From an uncultured bacterium (GTDB lineage: Bacteria; Omnitrophota; Omnitrophia; Omnitrophales; Aquincolibacteriaceae), in NCBI GenBank assembly GCA_964410905.1, contig CAYPIR010000001.1, positions 85,861 to 149,860 of the forward strand: DNA of 64,000 nt, given 5' to 3'. Made by a program: the position numbers and the translations under genes. Every line of letters begins with the position of its first letter. Within the stretch, counting starts at the first letter, position 1. The notes beneath the pieces were generated by a model. The model saw only the letters and a list, made by a program, of their open reading frames with translations. It was not told the origin of the DNA and ran no database searches. Of the stretch, positions 61,240-64,000 are shown in pieces.

Positions 61240-62361
61240 TTATCGTGAAATATGAAATAAGTTTTTTATTTTTTCAAAAATCTGTAAATTTACTATGTCG
61301 TTCCAAAGAACAAAAACCATCAACGTCATAAGAATAAAAAAACCAGCCGCCGTAAGTCTCTCCTGCCAAACCGGGTTAACGCGTCTGCGGGTGATAAGCT
61401 CCCATAAATAAAAAATAAGGTGTCCGCCGTCAAGAGCCGGAAACGGCAAAAGATTTATCACGGCAAGCGAAATACTCAAAATCGCAAGCAGCTGCAAAAG
61501 CGTAATCACTCCCGCCTGCGCCGCCTGCCCGCTTAATTGAACAATTCCAATCGGGCCCATCAAGTGTTTTGGCGAGACCTGCCCTGTTACAAGATAATAA
61601 AGCGCTTTGTGCGTCATAACGATTTGATAAACTTCTAACTGCCACGCCTTTACCAGCGCAGTCCCGAGTGGATATTTTTCAGAAACATTTGATGCCATGT
61701 CTGCCGTAATTCCCACTCGTTTTAATGTCGCGGTTTTACCAAAAACATCTCGGATCTCCTCGATTTTTGGTTTTATTTGAATTGTTAAAAGTTCGTTTGT
61801 CGCGTCATCAACTTTACGAGCTATATTAAGTTTTATCATCGATGACTTACTATCGTTAAACCTGTCCAAAACATCCTGCCAAGTTTTCACTTCAATATCA
61901 TCAACGCTTAAAATCTTGTCGCCTTTTTTAAGCAGACTTTCTTCCGCGGGATAACCTTTTACAAATCCGCCGACAACCGCCGCGGAAACCGGACGGCCGA
62001 TGGTGAAAATAGTCCAAAAAATCACAAACGCTAATAAGTAATTCATCGCCACACCCGCGATAACAATAAAAATTCGAGATAAGACCGGCGCCGCAAGAAA
62101 GTCGCCTTTTTTAGGTCCCTCGGGACCGACTTTAGAAACCTCCTCGCCAGCTGGAGAAACAAAACCTCCCAGCGGTAAAAGCGATATTGAAAATCTGGTT
62201 TCTTTTGCCTGCCAATGAAAAAGTTCAGGCCCAAATCCTATAGAGAATTTTTCCACGCGAACTCCGGACAAGCGGCAAGCGACAAAATGTCCAAACTCAT
62301 GCACGATAATCAACACGCCAAAAACAATAATCGCGGGAATCAACGATATTATATTTTCCAT
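61240..62361 (-). CDS. rseP: RIP zinc metalloprotease RseP (site-2 protease) with PDZ domain
   Basis: HEFGHFVACR HExxH, LDG motif in C-terminal TM. Confidence 0.9.
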   Translation of the reverse strand: MENIISLIPAIIVFGVLIIVHEFGHFVACRLSGVRVEKFSIGFGPELFHWQAKETRFSISLLPLGGFVSPAGEEVSKVGPEGPKKGDFLAAPVLSRIFIVIAGVAMNYLLAFVIFWTIFTIGRPVSAAVVGGFVKGYPAEESLLKKGDKILSVDDIEVKTWQDVLDRFNDSKSSMIKLNIARKVDDATNELLTIQIKPKIEEIRDVFGKTATLKRVGITADMASNVSEKYPLGTALVKAWQLEVYQIVMTHKALYYLVTGQVSPKHLMGPIGIVQLSGQAAQAGVITLLQLLAILSISLAVINLLPFPALDGGHLIFYLWELITRRRVNPVWQERLTAAGFFILMTLMVFVLWNDIVNLQIFEKIKNLFHISR

Positions 62362-62377
62362 TTATAACCTTTCGTTT

Positions 62378-63526
62378 TTACCTAATAATATTTGCGGCAA
62401 ATTCTCTCGCCCAAGAGTTCGCGTCTAAAATGTCCTTAAGATTCGGTTTGTGAACAAGCGTATGCGCTCGCATGGTTTTTTCAATCGCGGCGGGAATTTG
62501 TAAAAAGCCAATTTTTTTATTCAAAAACGCCGCTACGGCAATTTCATTTGCCGCATTTAAAACCGCGGGCATAGTGCCGCCTATTTTACTAGAGATATAT
62601 CCCAGCTCCAAACAAGGAAATTTTTTTAAATTTGGTTCTTCAAAATGAAGCGACTCTAACTTCGTCAAATCAAGTTGAGGCAAAGAATCCTCAAGCCTAT
62701 AAGGATAGCTAAGCGCGTATTGTATGGAAAGTTTCATATCCGTTACTCCCAAATGCGCCAAGTGCGAGCCGTCAACAAACTCCACCATCGCGTGAATAAT
62801 TGCTTCCGGATGAACCAACACATCTACTCTTCCGGCTTCGACTTGAAAAAGATTTGTCGCTTCAATTACTTCAAGCCCTTTATTCATCATAGTCGCGGAA
62901 TCTATCGTAATTTTGGGTCCCATTTTCCATTTGGGATGTTTTAGCGCTTGTTCGAGAGTGATTTTTGACATCGTTCCTTTAAAGTTCCTGAACGGTCCAC
63001 CGGAAGAAGTTATCACAAGACGTTTTACGAACTTCGGCGAATGATTTTCAAGGCATTGCCATAGCGCCGAATGCTCACTATCGATTGGAATAACAGAGAC
63101 TTTTTTTTGTTTCGCTAAATCCAAAAGCAATTTCCCCGCCATAACAAGAGGCTCTTTATTGGCAATAGCCACAGATTTTTTTGCCTCTACCGCCGCGAAA
63201 ATCGGTTTCAAACCAACCGCTCCCACAAGCGCGAAAACAACCTGATCAACACCCCTCAGAGTTGATACTTCACAAAGCCCTTCATCTCCCGTTACTACGC
63301 GAATCTTAAGTTTTCTAAATTGGGGTTCCGCCGCGCGCGCTTTCTCTTTATCGTAAACGCAAACAACTTTAGGGCGGAACTCTACGGCCTGCTCATAAAG
63401 TTTTTCAGTATTTTTAAAAACGGCAAGAGCCTGAACGGAAAATCGCTCGGAGTGAATACGGACAACATTGAGAGTGTTTTCACCGACAGAACCCGTTGAG
63501 CCGATTACGGAAAGTGTTTTTTTCAT
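62378..63526 (-). CDS. dxr: 1-deoxy-D-xylulose-5-phosphate reductoisomerase (start probably at MKKTLSVIGSTGS)
   Basis: GSTGSVG NADPH motif. Confidence 0.9.
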   Translation of the reverse strand: MKKTLSVIGSTGSVGENTLNVVRIHSERFSVQALAVFKNTEKLYEQAVEFRPKVVCVYDKEKARAAEPQFRKLKIRVVTGDEGLCEVSTLRGVDQVVFALVGAVGLKPIFAAVEAKKSVAIANKEPLVMAGKLLLDLAKQKKVSVIPIDSEHSALWQCLENHSPKFVKRLVITSSGGPFRNFKGTMSKITLEQALKHPKWKMGPKITIDSATMMNKGLEVIEATNLFQVEAGRVDVLVHPEAIIHAMVEFVDGSHLAHLGVTDMKLSIQYALSYPYRLEDSLPQLDLTKLESLHFEEPNLKKFPCLELGYISSKIGGTMPAVLNAANEIAVAAFLNKKIGFLQIPAAIEKTMRAHTLVHKPNLKDILDANSWAREFAANIIR

Positions 63527-63527
63527 T

Positions 63528-64000
63528 TTATGCTTGGACAAAACCAAGAACAATTGTCATATAGAAATAAACCACGGGTATAGCAAATAAAAGACTGTCC
63601 ATAACATCAAGAATTCCGCCTAAGCCGGGAACGGTTCCGGAATCTTTTACGCCGGCGTCGCGTTTAATTAAACTTTCAGCCAAATCACCCAGCATCGCGA
63701 AAACTCCAACGACCGCTCCTAAAATAAGCAAATGAATCCAAGCTATGTGAAGATAAAAGGTTGACGCAACAGAAACCGCTGTAGTTGCCACCATTTGACC
63801 AATGGCGCCTTCTATGGATTTTTTAGGACTGACGTGTTCTAAGAGTTTTGTTTTGCCAAATTTTTTTCCGACAAAATACGCCGCGGCATCGCCAATTTTT
63901 ACAATCAAAATCGTGTAGAAAACCCATAGCGCGCCGTTAGGAAGAAGTTTGATTTTTATAAGATATGAAAAAAATTCCGCGATATAAATAATTCCAAACA
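63528..64000 (-). CDS. cdsA: Phosphatidate cytidylyltransferase, partial (N-terminus beyond window end; reading frame stays open upstream of the track's TTG start)
   Basis: IVKIGDAAAYFVGKKFGKTKL...PKKSIEG CdsA signature; hand translation upstream gives ...LPNGALWVFYTILIVKIG without a stop. Confidence 0.8.
   Translation of the reverse strand, partial: FGIIYIAEFFSYLIKIKLLPNGALWVFYTILIVKIGDAAAYFVGKKFGKTKLLEHVSPKKSIEGAIGQMVATTAVSVASTFYLHIAWIHLLILGAVVGVFAMLGDLAESLIKRDAGVKDSGTVPGLGGILDVMDSLLFAIPVVYFYMTIVLGFVQA

Noticed and set aside
1-64000. CRISPR arrays, tRNA/rRNA genes, integrases/transposases, prophage or restriction-modification/toxin-antitoxin modules
   Set aside because: Scanned all intergenic gaps larger than 50 nt and the ORF list. 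No direct-repeat arrays, no tRNA-like TPsiC/acceptor patterns, no recombinase, HEPN or nuclease motifs were recognised. Intergenic space is too small for rRNA, tmRNA or RNase P RNA.

Overview
64-kb window from a low-GC (about 40-42% by eye) diderm bacterium; lpxA, an LptF/G-type permease, a secretin, GldG-like and RseP genes all argue for an outer membrane. The window is almost entirely coding, about 57 CDS. Strand bias is extreme: every gene from 1 to 39408 and from 41499 to 64000 is on the minus strand, and only comF plus an LptF/G-like permease (39539-41444) are on plus. Many genes overlap at start/stop, so long polycistronic units are likely. Most of the content is housekeeping. There are six aminoacyl-tRNA synthetases (ileS, tyrS, trpS, aspS, hisS, proS) and an aromatic-amino-acid cluster (pheA-hisC-DAHP synthase-tyrA). 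Other core genes are scpA/scpB, recO-ybeY-phoH, rpsA, lpxA, fabF, leuCD, dinB, cdsA-dxr-rseP and yggS-proC-yggT. An rpsU (S21) gene with a GTG start is absent from the supplied ORF track and was found by eye. The less ordinary parts are as follows. (i) A 2151-aa signal-peptide-bearing giant protein with HEAT/PBS-lyase-like repeats, internal hydrophobic segments and an internal duplication. (ii) Two c-di-GMP signalling modules: a sensor kinase / stand-alone receiver / GAF-HD-GYP triplet, and a REC-PAS-degenerate-GGDEF-EAL protein next to the pilus locus. (iii) A compact type IV pilus / T2SS-like operon (PilM-N fusion, PilO, PilP-like, secretin, PilB/GspE, PilC/GspF, pilin). (iv) A GldA/F/G-like ABC cluster with a DUF4340-like partner. 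(v) Several uncharacterised genes. (vi) A family of roughly 65-70-nt palindromic intergenic elements (A-run, outer stem, conserved ACAATGC core, inner hairpins, T-run) in three copies. Their stems differ in sequence but keep pairing, which suggests a conserved three-stem structure. No CRISPR array, tRNA/rRNA, integrase or transposase was recognised. No clearly novel multi-gene system such as a defence island could be demonstrated from sequence alone; the giant gene and the repeat family are the best candidates for something undescribed.
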